A stretch of DNA of 64,000 bases. Source: an uncultured Syntrophobacterales bacterium (GTDB taxonomy: Bacteria > Desulfobacterota > Binatia > UBA9968 > JAJDTQ01). A program made the translations under genes and the position numbers. Below, one piece after another: positions 1 to 10,470 of this stretch. Below the pieces are notes generated by a model. The model worked only from the letters and a program-made list of their open reading frames with translations, was not told the origin of the DNA and ran no database searches. Within the stretch, counting starts at the first letter, position 1; each line of letters opens with the position of its first letter. The stretch spans positions 12,100-76,099 of the forward strand of contig CAYTMJ010000006.1 in assembly GCA_964438895.1 (NCBI GenBank). The letters run 5' to 3'.

Positions 1-1007
1 ACGTAGACTATGCGATCGCAGCCATAAGTGTCATGCCGGTACCGAGCCGCTGCCAGGTCCCGAGTGAGATAGAGGGTGGTGCCGTCAGCCTTCTCCAAAA
101 GGGCAGGGGTATCGATACCCTCGGCAGACACGTCGACAATGACGGCCCCGTCCGAGACCGTAGTCAGGCCCTTGGCCCGAGCGTCCTCGATCACTGGAGC
201 CATCTTATCATTGAAAAATGACTCTCCCGCGTAGGAGTCGAAGTGTACTCCGAGTCGCTGGTAGATGTCCTTAAAGTAGTCGAGGCTAGTGTCACGGATA
301 CTGCGCCAAAGAGCCAGCGCTTCATTATCGCCGGCCTCCTGCCGGCGGAACCACTCCCGTGCCTCCTCCACCAAATCCGCGTCATGATCCACTAGCTCAT
401 GAAACTTTACATAGAGACGATTGAGGCTCATCAGATCGTTCTCATCGCCAGGGCTTCCGAACCGCTTGAGGGCAGCAATCTGCCTGCCAAACTGAGTACC
501 CCAGTCACCCACATGATTAATACCGATGACATGGTAACCGAGCGCCTGAAAGATTCGCACTAATGCTCCACCAATGATGGTGGAGCGCAAGTGGCCGACG
601 TGGAAGGGTTTGGCGATGTTCGGCGACGAATAATCGATGGCGATTGTCTCACCGGCGCCATCCTGGCAACAACCGTATGTTTCCCCCGCGGACACTGCCT
701 CGTGCAGCACCGTTTCGGCAAACCGTCTCCGGTCCACGGACAGATTGACGTACCCGCCCAGAGCTCGAGCGCCACTCAGAAGCTCCAGGTCGGCGGACAC
801 TTTTTCAGCAATATCCTGCGCAATTATCGGGGGAGCCTTGCGTAGCTTCTTGGCCAGCGTGAAGCAGGGAAAGGCGAAGTCGCCCATGTCCAGCTTGGGC
901 GGTACGGTTAGCAACCGCCCCACCGCTTCAGCTTCCATCTCAGCGTGCCTTGCGATAACCCGCGCAGCCTCGCCGCGAAAATCCGCTACCCTCACAATGC
1001 TGGGCAT
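1..1007 (-). CDS. argS: Arginine--tRNA ligase, N-terminal ~335 aa. The C-terminal part lies beyond the window edge.
   Basis: Minus-strand translation from the ATG at 1007 gives MPSIVRV... with the class-I HIGH-like motif PFHVGHLRSTIIG and ...TTLYLTRDLAA..., both typical of ArgS. The reading frame stays open to the window edge. Confidence 0.8.
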   Translation of the reverse strand, partial: MPSIVRVADFRGEAARVIARHAEMEAEAVGRLLTVPPKLDMGDFAFPCFTLAKKLRKAPPIIAQDIAEKVSADLELLSGARALGGYVNLSVDRRRFAETVLHEAVSAGETYGCCQDGAGETIAIDYSSPNIAKPFHVGHLRSTIIGGALVRIFQALGYHVIGINHVGDWGTQFGRQIAALKRFGSPGDENDLMSLNRLYVKFHELVDHDADLVEEAREWFRRQEAGDNEALALWRSIRDTSLDYFKDIYQRLGVHFDSYAGESFFNDKMAPVIEDARAKGLTTVSDGAVIVDVSAEGIDTPALLEKADGTTLYLTRDLAAARYRHDTYGCDRIVY

Positions 1008-1197
1008 CCCGTTTTCATCGTTCGATTGGAATCGTGGATTTCGTGTCTGACCTCACCATTTTATCAAGTCTAACACAAACCCGCACCCCTTAGCAGAGCG
1101 CCGCCGGCAACAAGGCCTTCGGGCAGATTACCCGTCGCCCAACACCCTAGTTCGGACGATTAGAAGCACTAGTTCGTACGGTTCGCGGAAAAGGAGG

Positions 1198-2232
1198 TTA
1201 GAATGCCGGAGCTACATACCGGCTGAAGCGTTCCATGGACGCGAGCACTTTCTGCTGTTCAAGGCCACCGAAGTGAAAACAGAGCCCGATATGGGTAGGG
1301 CCCACTACATCCCTTATGAGCCTGAGATGTTCGATGCAAGTTTCAGGCCCACCAAAGACGGCACGGCTATCTTGTACCATGGCATCGTAAGCGAGGCGCT
1401 CGTAGATCTTTGGCACCATGGGCGCCCGAGCAGGATCCAGTCGGACCTCGTCCAACGCGAACTCGCGCCAGCGGTGCCAGGCCTCCTCCACGTCCACCCT
1501 CGCCTGGCGGTCGTCCTCGCCGACGTACGCAGGGTACATAACGAACACGTCGTGGTCATCCTCGGAGTACCCCGCTTCACGTAGGCTTTTAAGATAGACT
1601 TCGATACGAGGCCGCTGCTCGGGGTTACTACCAATCCACGGCAACGTCATCAGGTGATAGCCGTTGCGCCCGATCATGCGAAAGTTGTCCAAGTCCCGAT
1701 TAGCCGGCACGTAGATGGGGGGATGTGGATGCTGAACCGGCCGCGGCCGCACGGTCACACCGTGGTAATTGAAATACTCCCCCTCCCACTCCACCATCTC
1801 CTCGGTCCAAGCCATACGGATAACATCCAGGGCCTCAACGAGACGAGGTTGCGCAGTATTCCAATCCCATCCGTACACCGCGTACTCGTCGGCGCTCATT
1901 CCCCGACCGGCGCCGAACAACAGTCTCCCCTGAGAGAGAAGATCGAGCATGGCGTAGTCCTCGGCGATCTGGAGAGGGTGGTGCATGGGCACCAGCGACA
2001 CAGCGGAACCGAGCATGAGTCGGCGCGTCCGCTGTGAGGCGGCGGACAGAAGTAACTGGGGATTAGGCATCATACCACCGAAAGGCCGGAAGTGATGCTC
2101 GGTGACCCATAGGCTATCAAACCGCATGTCTTCGGCGGCGTCAATCTGCTCTAGCCAGCGAGCGTAGAGCTCCTGCGAATCTCCATCCAGATCTGGAACA
2201 TAGGTATTAAGCAGATAGTATCCGAACTTCAT
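1198..2232 (-). CDS. LLM-class (luciferase-like) flavin-dependent oxidoreductase
   Basis: The 344-aa product begins MKFGYYLLNTY... and shows the TIM-barrel LLM pattern. Start ATG at 2232 preceded by GAAGGA. The ATGA overlap with the upstream ThrC-like gene indicates translational coupling. Confidence 0.75.
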   Translation of the reverse strand: MKFGYYLLNTYVPDLDGDSQELYARWLEQIDAAEDMRFDSLWVTEHHFRPFGGMMPNPQLLLSAASQRTRRLMLGSAVSLVPMHHPLQIAEDYAMLDLLSQGRLLFGAGRGMSADEYAVYGWDWNTAQPRLVEALDVIRMAWTEEMVEWEGEYFNYHGVTVRPRPVQHPHPPIYVPANRDLDNFRMIGRNGYHLMTLPWIGSNPEQRPRIEVYLKSLREAGYSEDDHDVFVMYPAYVGEDDRQARVDVEEAWHRWREFALDEVRLDPARAPMVPKIYERLAYDAMVQDSRAVFGGPETCIEHLRLIRDVVGPTHIGLCFHFGGLEQQKVLASMERFSRYVAPAF

Positions 2233-3503
2233 GACGGTCCTTCGCTTTCGGAATTGTCCGATGCCGTTGTCCACGTCGTGTTTCTCAGCCTTTCCTTCAG
2301 TGCACCAAGGTTCGGCGCAACAATCTGCAGTTGTTCCGGTGGTACATCCACACTGGCCGACTGCTTTAAACCGTGGCCTGTAACATTACACACGACCATG
2401 TCATCAGCCCCAATCACGCCTTGCCGGCGAAGCTGCGCAGCCGCAGCTAGGGACGCAGCGCCGGACGGCTCCGCGAAGACGCCAGCCATGCGACTCAGAA
2501 GCCCCTGGGCCTCGAGTATTTCGTCGTCCCCCAGGGCCACACCTGTCCCATTACTGGCGCGCACTGCCCGCAGCGCTCGTAACCCCAACGCCTTGGGGTT
2601 ACCTACCCGAATGCTCTCGGCCACCGTGACGCCCGCTGTCACCGGTTCCACCATGGCACTGTCACCTTGCAGCGCCGCAACGATGGGGGCCGCGGCATCG
2701 CTCTGCGCTGCAACCAGCCTGGGAAAGCGATGTACCCAGCCGAGACCATGCAACTCCTGATACCCCTTCCACATCGCCACAAGGCCCGCCCCTCCAGCAG
2801 TGGGGTGGACGATCCAATTGGGTACGTGTTCATCCAGTTGATCAAACAGCTCGTAAGCGTACGACTTCTTTCCTTCATTCCGATACGGGTTCGTCGAAAG
2901 GCAATCGTACCAGCCGAATTCCCGGACCGCATCGCGATAAAAAGAGCCGATGTCGTCTAGACTCCCCTCTACCATCACCACTTCCGCACCGTAGGCGCAC
3001 GCTTGGACCACTTTAGCCATATCAGTAGCCGCCGGCACCATGACAACGCTCCGCAAGCCTGCGATGGCAGCATAAGCGGCCACCGATGCTGCTGCGTTGC
3101 CGGTGGACGGCACCGCTACGGTATCAAAACCCAGTTCTACAGCACGGGAGATACCCACACAGTTGCTGCGATCCTTGAGAGAGCCCGTGGGCAGCAGCGT
3201 ATCATTCTTGAGATAGAGCCGTTCCATGCCCAAGTGTTTGCCGAGGCGCAGGCAACGGATGAGAGGTGTGTAGCCCTCACCCAGCGACACCACTGAACTG
3301 CGGCTCTTCACCGGAAAGAAGTCGAACCAACGCCAGAGAGTGGGCTCGCCCTTGACTCGAATGCTGCGTAGATCCGAGCGAGTGAGGTACCCGAGGTCCA
3401 TACGAACCTCCAGCACGCTACTACAGGCGCCGCACGCAAACGTGTCTTCGGTCACCGCCTCCCAGCCACACTGCGGACAGCACAACGCAGCGATTGTACC
3501 CAT
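2229..3503 (-). CDS. Threonine synthase-like PLP-dependent enzyme (fold type II) with an N-terminal Cys4 zinc ribbon
   Basis: N-terminal CPQCGW...CGAC zinc ribbon, a TGSLKDR PLP-lysine motif, a glycine-rich loop, 424 aa. The gene sits 8 nt downstream of the FAD/Fe-S oxidase gene. Confidence 0.7.
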   Translation of the reverse strand: MGTIAALCCPQCGWEAVTEDTFACGACSSVLEVRMDLGYLTRSDLRSIRVKGEPTLWRWFDFFPVKSRSSVVSLGEGYTPLIRCLRLGKHLGMERLYLKNDTLLPTGSLKDRSNCVGISRAVELGFDTVAVPSTGNAAASVAAYAAIAGLRSVVMVPAATDMAKVVQACAYGAEVVMVEGSLDDIGSFYRDAVREFGWYDCLSTNPYRNEGKKSYAYELFDQLDEHVPNWIVHPTAGGAGLVAMWKGYQELHGLGWVHRFPRLVAAQSDAAAPIVAALQGDSAMVEPVTAGVTVAESIRVGNPKALGLRALRAVRASNGTGVALGDDEILEAQGLLSRMAGVFAEPSGAASLAAAAQLRRQGVIGADDMVVCNVTGHGLKQSASVDVPPEQLQIVAPNLGALKERLRNTTWTTASDNSESEGPS

Positions 3504-3510
3504 GACGGCC

Positions 3511-6397
3511 TCAGGCCTCGGCTTCCCGGATATCTTCCAACAACACCTCTACAGGATGGGCCGCCCGGCGCCCGGTGAGGTGTTCAATTTGCTGCCGGCA
3601 GGAGATTCCTGAAGCTACTACGCGCGCGCCCTGGGGCGCAGCTTCCACCGCCGGCACTAGGCGCCGAGCCGCGATTGCCACAGATACGTCATAGTGCTCC
3701 TTCTCGAAGCCGAATGAGCCAGCCATTCCACAACAGCCGGAGTCTATCTCGCGAACCTCGTGGCCCGCCTCCCGTAGTACCGACACGGTGGGCCCCATGC
3801 CCACCAAAGCCTTCTGATGACAATGACCGTGCAATACCACCGGCGGTCGGCTGCCGTTCTTCAGTGACCCCGCAGCGTTCTCTCGCATCAAAAACTCTTC
3901 AATTAGGAACGTCTGCCCTGCTACCACACGCGCCGCCTCGTTACGTAAAAGATCAGGATACTCGTCTCGAAGCGTGAGAATGCAGGATGGCTCCAACCCC
4001 ACCACGGGCACCCCCTGTTCCACATAGGGTAGGAGTTCATTCACGTTCCAGGTAGCGTGCTCCTTAGCGTCCCTTAGCATGCCCTTGGAGATCATGGGGC
4101 GGCCGCAACAACGTCGAGGAACAGTTAATACCCGGTAGTTGAAGTGCTCTAGGAGGCGGGTAGCCGCAACCGCCACTTCCGGCGTATTGTAGGTGTTAAA
4201 GGTATCGTGGAACAGGATCACCGATCCACGGGCACCAGTCCCCGTCGGCTCGTGCCTGTTCCACCATGCCTCGAAGTTGTTTCGCGCAAAGCTCGGCAAC
4301 GGCCGCCTCCGGTCGATGCCCAAGAAGCGGTCCATGATCCAGCGGTGGGCGAAATTGTCGTTGACCCGGTTCACCAGTGGCGCCAGCCACGATCCCCAAC
4401 GGCTCAGGGCACCGATGCGGCCGAATAGGCGACTTCGGAGCGAAACACCGTGAACCTGCTGGTAGTGATGCAGAAACTCATACTTGAGCTTGGCCATGTC
4501 GACGTTGGAGGGACATTCGGCCTTGCAGCCCTTGCACTCGAGGCATAGATCCAAAACCTTATGGAGCCGCTCCCCAGTGAACTCGGAGCGCGGGACTTTG
4601 CCCGATAACACCGCGCGAAAGGCGGAAGCCCGTCCGCGAGTGGAGTGCTCCTCCTCCAGCGTAGCCATGTAGGAAGGACACATAGTGCCGCCGAGGGTTT
4701 TACGGCAGGCACCTGTGCCGTTACACATCTCCACCGCGGCCACAAAGCCCCCCTGGTCACCGAAGTCTAGCATAGTCTCAGGTTCCCAGGTCTTGTATGA
4801 GGTGCCATAGCGCAACGAATCGGTCATGGGTGGTGCGTCCACGATCTTGCCCGGATTTAGAAGATTGTAGGGATCGAACAGACGCTTGACCTTGCGAAAC
4901 TCCTGGTACAACTCCGGTCCGAAGAGCTTCTCATTCAGGTGGCTCCGAGCCAGACCATCGCCGTGCTCTCCAGACATGGCCCCCCCGAACTCCATCACCA
5001 GATCGGAGATCTCACGGGAGATGTGTGTCATCTTTTCGACCTCGCCCACCTCCTTGAGGTTGATAAATGGGCGTATGTGCATGCACCCCACCGAACAATG
5101 GCCATAATAACCAGCCCGGACGCCGTAGCTCTCTAGGATCTTACGGAACCGTTTGATGAACTGAGGCAGTTTCACCGGATCCACGGCGGTGTCCTCAACG
5201 AAGGCAATAGGTTTCTTTTCTCCTTTAACGCCCAGCAAGAGCCCCAAGCCGGCTTTGCGTAGACCCCAGATCCCCTGCACCTCCCGCGGCTCGTAGGCAA
5301 GAGAGGCAGCATAGCCCATGCGCTCGCGCTTCCGTAGAACTTCCAACCTGCCAACCTTGCTCCGAACCTCCTCGGCGGTGTCTCCATCGTACTCCACCAT
5401 GAGCAACGCGTCGGGGTCTCCCTGTACGAAGCCTAGTCGCTTGGACTGTTCCATGTTCTCGCGGGCTAAATCGAGAATGGGCTTATCGGTGAGCTCCATC
5501 GCGTAGGGGCTGGTGGCGAGAATTGCTTCGGACACCGCCAAAGCGTCTTGAAGGTCGTGGAAGTGAATCACATCGAGTGCAGTGTGCTTAGGCTTGGGCA
5601 CCAACCGCATTTTCGCTTCCACTACACAGGCGAGCGTACCCTCGGAACCCACGATCAGGCGCGAAAGATTGAACGGCTGGTCCTTGGCGAACTCGTCCAA
5701 ATTGTAGCCTGAGACCCGCCGCATAAGCTTAGGATAGCGCTCCGCGATGAGGCCTTTCGCAGACTCGATTAACGGCGGCAGGTGCTGATAGATTTGACTC
5801 TCGAGCCCCTTCCCCGTCTGGCTAGGCGCCAACGAACCATCTGGGAGATCCCGTAGAACCGCCTCGCTCCCATCCGCCAAGAGAACCGTTAGCTCCAGCA
5901 CGTGATCAAGGGTCTTGCCATAGACGATAGAATGGGCACCAGCCGAATTGTTGCCAATCATTCCGCCAATAGTAGCCCTGTTCGAGGTTGAGGTATCGGG
6001 GCCAAACAACATGCCCATAGGTGCCACGCGGGCATTCAGCGCATCCTGAACGAGCCCCGGCTGCACGCGGGCCCAAAGTGCATCTGCGTTTACCTCCAGC
6101 ACGCGGTTCATGTACTTCGAGAAGTCAATGACGATGGCGTGGCCCACAGTCTGGCCCGCCAGCGAGGTACCGCCGCCTCGGGCCAGTACCGGCACGCGAT
6201 GCCGATTAGCCACCTCAATGACCGCCTGGACATCCCCTTTGTGACGGGGAATCACCACGCCTACTGGGTCGATCTGGTACATAGACGCGTCCGTCGCGTA
6301 CAGTAGCCGTGAGTAGGAATCGAACCGGACCTCTCCCTCCACTCTCTTGCGGAGTTCGTTTTCAGTTTCCCGGTAATCATGTAGGCCTTCACGCACC
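3511..6397 (-). CDS. Fused FAD-binding (GlcD-like) and Fe-S/CCG-domain (GlcF-like) 2-hydroxyacid oxidoreductase, Dld-II type D-lactate/glycolate dehydrogenase-like
   Basis: N-terminal FAD-binding PCMH domain (GGGTSLAGQ). C-terminal 4Fe-4S ferredoxin cysteine clusters (CLECKGCKAECPS) and two CCG-like cysteine motifs. The ORF track starts at a TTG at 6420. The ATG at 6397 with a GGGAGG Shine-Dalgarno is more plausible. Confidence 0.8.
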
Positions 6398-6706
6398 ATA
6401 GAAAACCTCCCTCGCAGCAACCCTATCTGAATCGGGCGGGTCGACGTTCAAGTCCCAGCCGCGACGATCCTACCAAGTCGATGGGCCAAATTACTTGACC
6501 GCAAATTTGCGGCTTGCAACCCCCACTCGATGCGCCCACGTCCCTAGTGATTATTGGAGTCGGGACCGGCGTAAACGGTCTGACAATGAACCGTGGGTCC
6601 TCCGATTTGCAAGTCGCCAGTTGTCAATTGTGGCAACTGCTCCGTATACCGCAAGCATTTTGGATGCCGAAACGGGCGTGCACGCCCCACAACACACGAC
6701 CACTTC

Positions 6707-7462
6707 TCAAGTCGGCACGCTTTCTTCCCTCAGCAATGTCTTGGCTGTACGAAACACGCCGTGAAACATAGGCACCGTCAGCTTACCAGTGAAGGTGTTC
6801 TGCTGGCTTGGATGATAGGAGCCCAGCAGGGTTAAACCATCGGCGAGCTCATAACTGCTGCCATGGCCAAATTTAGGCCGGGGTCGAGGGAGTGGCCGAC
6901 CGGCCTCCGTCATAGCCTTGAGGTAGGCATCGAACGCCATCTTTCCCAACGCTATGATCACCCTAAGACGGCTGAGCACCGCGAGTTCACGGACTAGGTA
7001 TCCGATGCAGTTGTGGAACTCGTCCAGGGTGGGTTTGTTGGCGGGAGGTGCGCAGCGTACAGCGGCCGAGATGTAGCAGTCCATGAGTTCCAATCCATCG
7101 TTGCGATCCAACGACTCCGCTTGGTTTGCAAAGCCGTGTTCGAACAGGGCACGATAAAGCCAATCGCCACTGCGGTCTCCGGTGAACACCCGTCCCGTCC
7201 GGTTACCACCGTGGGCCGCTGGGGCTAAGCCAACGACGAGAAGGCGCGCAGCATCATTACCAAACCCCGGTACAGGCTGGCCCCAATACTCGTGTCCGTG
7301 ATATCGGCGCGGGGGATCAGCTGCGGCTTCAGCTCGCCAGGCCACTAGTCGCGGGCACTTGCAACACCGGATCACTGCCCGGTTGATACGCGTGAGGGAG
7401 TCCCGTTCCATAGACTTTCCGGCATAGCCCATTAGGCGCCCGGGCGCCAATGAAAGTGGCAC
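6707..7462 (-). CDS. Uracil-DNA glycosylase, family 4/5 (UdgB-like, GLAPA motif)
   Basis: N-terminal CCKCPRL motif, motif A as GLAPAAHGGNRTGRVFTG (GLAPA rather than GEAPG) and the HPS motif ...LGSYHPSQQN. Start codon uncertain (GTG at 7462, or ATG at 7432 or 7411). Confidence 0.7.
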   Translation of the reverse strand: MPLSLAPGRLMGYAGKSMERDSLTRINRAVIRCCKCPRLVAWRAEAAADPPRRYHGHEYWGQPVPGFGNDAARLLVVGLAPAAHGGNRTGRVFTGDRSGDWLYRALFEHGFANQAESLDRNDGLELMDCYISAAVRCAPPANKPTLDEFHNCIGYLVRELAVLSRLRVIIALGKMAFDAYLKAMTEAGRPLPRPRPKFGHGSSYELADGLTLLGSYHPSQQNTFTGKLTVPMFHGVFRTAKTLLREESVPT

Positions 7463-7758
7463 CTTAGGGAGGGTAGCAACGGTTACAGTTGAGTGTAACG
7501 GAGCACCGCAAATGATTTGTTGAAACGCTGGTGCCAGTTTAACGGGTTGGGTAGATTCTGAGCACTTAGTTTTCTAAAGAAAACATCAGGTAGACAGCGG
7601 TTCACAGACGTTCGTCCTGGATTTCCCATGGGTTTTATACCCCCCCGCACTTCGCCGATGCCGCGTTGGTTGGCATGGCGTGCATACGTAAATCCACCAA
7701 AGCACGCTCCTTGTCCTTCCTGATAAATACCCCACCACCTCCCACTGGAAAACCGACC

Positions 7759-7788
7759 TTGACGTGTCCGAGCGAGTTTTGCTATACC
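7759..7788 (+). promoter_or_regulatory. Candidate sigma70-type promoter for the frdA-like operon: TTGACG, 18-nt spacer, TATACC
   Basis: Hexamers read at 7759-7764 and 7783-7788, about 55 nt upstream of the GTG start at 7844. Confidence 0.3.
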
Positions 7789-7843
7789 CCTCGAAAACGC
7801 AGGAAAAACTTCTAGTCTACTCGCTGAAAAAAGGGGATTGCCA

Positions 7844-9457
7844 GTGCCGCAATATGATGTTCTCGTTATTGGTGGCGGCGCATCCGGTCTACGCGCGGCA
7901 ATTGCTGCCAAGCGCGCCGGGGCGTCCGTGGCGGTGCTGAGTAAGGTCCACCCGCTGCGAACCAACTCAGCATTGTCGCCGGGAGGTCTAAACGCGCCGC
8001 TTGGAAATGACGATTCCACGGAAAAGTTTGCCAATGACATCGTCAGGGCTGGCGACGGCCTGTGCAACACCGAAGCAGTGGACATCTTAGCGACGAACGC
8101 GGCCCGGGAGGTCATCTGGCTAGAGCGTGTTGGTGTACCGTTCAATCGTGACACCGAGGGGCGTATCGACTGCCGACCTCTGGGCTCCAGTAGCGTGCAC
8201 CGTGCCGCGTACGCCGACGACCGCACCGGACACACAATCCTCCACGTGCTTCATGAACAGTTCCAAAGAGAGAAGATCCCCTGTTTCGGGGAGTGGTTCG
8301 CTACTTCCCTGCTCCAAAACGCGGGGGCTTGTACCGGCGCGGTTGCCCTAGGACACCGGAATGGCCAACTCGAGACTTTCAGCGCGGGTGCGGTTATTCT
8401 TGCAACCGGGGGCGCCACTCAGTTGTACCGTCCTTGTACGTCGGCGGTGGGAACGACCGGCGACGGACTGATGCTCGCATATGATATTGGCGTTGGCCTC
8501 GTGGATCTGGAGATGGTGCAGTTTCACCCAACAGTTTACAGCGACACTCGAACCGCGGTCATAAGCGAAGCGACCTTGGGCGAGGGCGCAAAACTCATCA
8601 ACTCGGCAGGCGACACTCTGACGAATTCCGCAGGGCTCTCACGGGCGCAACTGGCTGCAGAGGTGTATAAGGTCGGTCGGAACGGGGGCGGCCCCGTGTC
8701 CCTCGACCTTCGGTCGATCGAGAACCTCGTGTCCCGCTTTCCCGGTGCAGCTGAGGTCGTCAAGATGATGGCCGGGATAGACATCACGAAGAACCCGGTG
8801 CCGGTACAACCGGTGGCACACCGGCCCATGGGTGGAATCGAAACCAACGCCGCCGGAGAGACCTCAGTAGCCGGGCTCTTCGCCGTGGGGGAGTGCGCCC
8901 ACAACGGACTCAATGGCGCGAGCCGCCTTCCGGGCAACACCCTGACTGAGGCGGTTGTTTTCGGCAAACGGATAGGAGAGGCGGCGGCGACTTACGCCAA
9001 GTCAGAGAGCCCCCAAGTAGCGGTGGGATCCCAAGTCGCACAAGACGACAAACGTCTTGCTGAGATCACCTCCGGTGGCCCGTCTAGCGACACCATAGGC
9101 GCCATCCACCGAGAATTGGGCGAGCTCATGACGGCCAACGTAGGCGTGGTGCGCGCGGACGCGGGATTAGCCGAGGCCCAGGATAAGATCCACTCGCTAC
9201 AACAGCGCCATGCCGCGCTTCGCGTCAGTAACACTTCCCGGATCTACAATTACGCGCTTATGGGGTACATTGAACTGGGGAACCTACTCAAGTTGGCTGA
9301 GGCCACGGCCTTGGCGGCCCGGGAGCGCACTGAGAGCCGTGGCGCACATATTCGAAGCGATCATCCGGAGCAAGATGATTCCACCTGGAAGGCACACACC
9401 GTAGTGCGCTTGCAAGATGGTTCACCGAAGCTCGTTACCCGATCGGTGTCGACATAA
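7844..9457 (+). CDS. Fumarate reductase/succinate dehydrogenase-type flavoprotein subunit, predicted non-covalent FAD (FrdA/TfrA/NadB-like)
   Basis: DVLVIGGGASGLRAA Rossmann fold and an FHPT active-site motif. The covalent-FAD histidine of the SHTVAAQGG motif is absent (the sequence reads RTNSALSPGG). GTG start at 7844 after an AAGGGG Shine-Dalgarno. The track's TTG at 7838 is less likely. Confidence 0.75.
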   Translation: MPQYDVLVIGGGASGLRAAIAAKRAGASVAVLSKVHPLRTNSALSPGGLNAPLGNDDSTEKFANDIVRAGDGLCNTEAVDILATNAAREVIWLERVGVPFNRDTEGRIDCRPLGSSSVHRAAYADDRTGHTILHVLHEQFQREKIPCFGEWFATSLLQNAGACTGAVALGHRNGQLETFSAGAVILATGGATQLYRPCTSAVGTTGDGLMLAYDIGVGLVDLEMVQFHPTVYSDTRTAVISEATLGEGAKLINSAGDTLTNSAGLSRAQLAAEVYKVGRNGGGPVSLDLRSIENLVSRFPGAAEVVKMMAGIDITKNPVPVQPVAHRPMGGIETNAAGETSVAGLFAVGECAHNGLNGASRLPGNTLTEAVVFGKRIGEAAATYAKSESPQVAVGSQVAQDDKRLAEITSGGPSSDTIGAIHRELGELMTANVGVVRADAGLAEAQDKIHSLQQRHAALRVSNTSRIYNYALMGYIELGNLLKLAEATALAARERTESRGAHIRSDHPEQDDSTWKAHTVVRLQDGSPKLVTRSVST

Positions 9458-9513
9458 GAGCGGGTATCACAACACCGCGAACGCCGACGAAAAGCGCCGA
9501 CTAAGGAGAAACC

Positions 9514-10470
9514 ATGGAAGTTACCTTCAAAGTTCATCGCAAAGACCCGGAAAACGGTGGTGAATCGAGTTATTCCACCTACCAGGTGGATCTGCCCGAG
9601 GATGCCACGGTGCTGGAGGGGCTGCAGAAGATTCGAGACGAGCAGGATGACACCCTAGCCTTCCGCGCTTCGTGTTGCCAGGGCACTTGCGGCGAGTGTG
9701 CAGTGCGGATCAATTATAAAGCGCAGTTCACTTGTACTGCCAGAATTGGCGCAGTCACAAAAAAAGCTCCTGAAATCTTATTGGATCCAGTGCGCAACAT
9801 CCCGGTCGTCAAGGATCTAGTTTTCGATATGGACGCTTTCACCTGGAATAAAATGAGCGCCATGAAGCCCTGGATGGAGCCAGACGATGAATTCGCGGTC
9901 ACTGAGAACCTAGTCCCCGAAGCAGAGATGGCGGAAGTGCGCAAGACCATGAGCTGCCACCAGTGTGGCCTATGCGATGAAGGCTGCGCGGTACTGCCAG
10001 TGAATTTCGATTTTCTAGGCCCCGCCGCTATGGTAAAGGGCTACCGCTTCGTAATGGACCCTCGGGAAACAGGGGCAAGGATGGATGCCCGCATGAAGGT
10101 GGTGGAACAACCACAGGGACTCTGGGACTGCGTACACTGCTACGAGGCTAACGGAAAGTGTCCGCGTGGGCTAGCCCCTTCCAGCAAGATCATGGAGATA
10201 CGGGATGTGGCCTTCAAGGAAGGCATCAAAAACCAGAAGGTGGGACGGCATCACGCAAGCTTCATAAACTCGGTGAAGCGAACCGGATGGCTCGATGAAC
10301 GCAAGTTGGCCATGGAGACCGAGGGAATTACCAATATAGCGGGACTAATGAAGCTCTTACCCACTGCAGTGCGCGCGTTACGCCGAGGGAAAATGCCCGG
10401 CCGTCACGAGAAACGCCCGGGGGCTGAACAGATTAAACGCATTCTCGAGAAAGCGGAGGACTCCAAGTGA
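9514..10470 (+). CDS. FrdB/SdhB-like iron-sulfur subunit (2Fe-2S plus 4Fe-4S) with a C-terminal extension
   Basis: CCQGTCGECAVRIN 2Fe-2S motif plus CHQCGLCDEGC and CxxC...CP ferredoxin motifs. 318 aa. Strong Shine-Dalgarno AAGGAGA. Confidence 0.8.
   Translation: MEVTFKVHRKDPENGGESSYSTYQVDLPEDATVLEGLQKIRDEQDDTLAFRASCCQGTCGECAVRINYKAQFTCTARIGAVTKKAPEILLDPVRNIPVVKDLVFDMDAFTWNKMSAMKPWMEPDDEFAVTENLVPEAEMAEVRKTMSCHQCGLCDEGCAVLPVNFDFLGPAAMVKGYRFVMDPRETGARMDARMKVVEQPQGLWDCVHCYEANGKCPRGLAPSSKIMEIRDVAFKEGIKNQKVGRHHASFINSVKRTGWLDERKLAMETEGITNIAGLMKLLPTAVRALRRGKMPGRHEKRPGAEQIKRILEKAEDSK

Noticed and set aside
7483-8235. 250-aa minus-strand ORF spanning the udg/frdA intergenic region and the frdA 5' end
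   Set aside because: It runs antisense to the well-supported flavoprotein gene and across a promoter region. Its composition is low-complexity.
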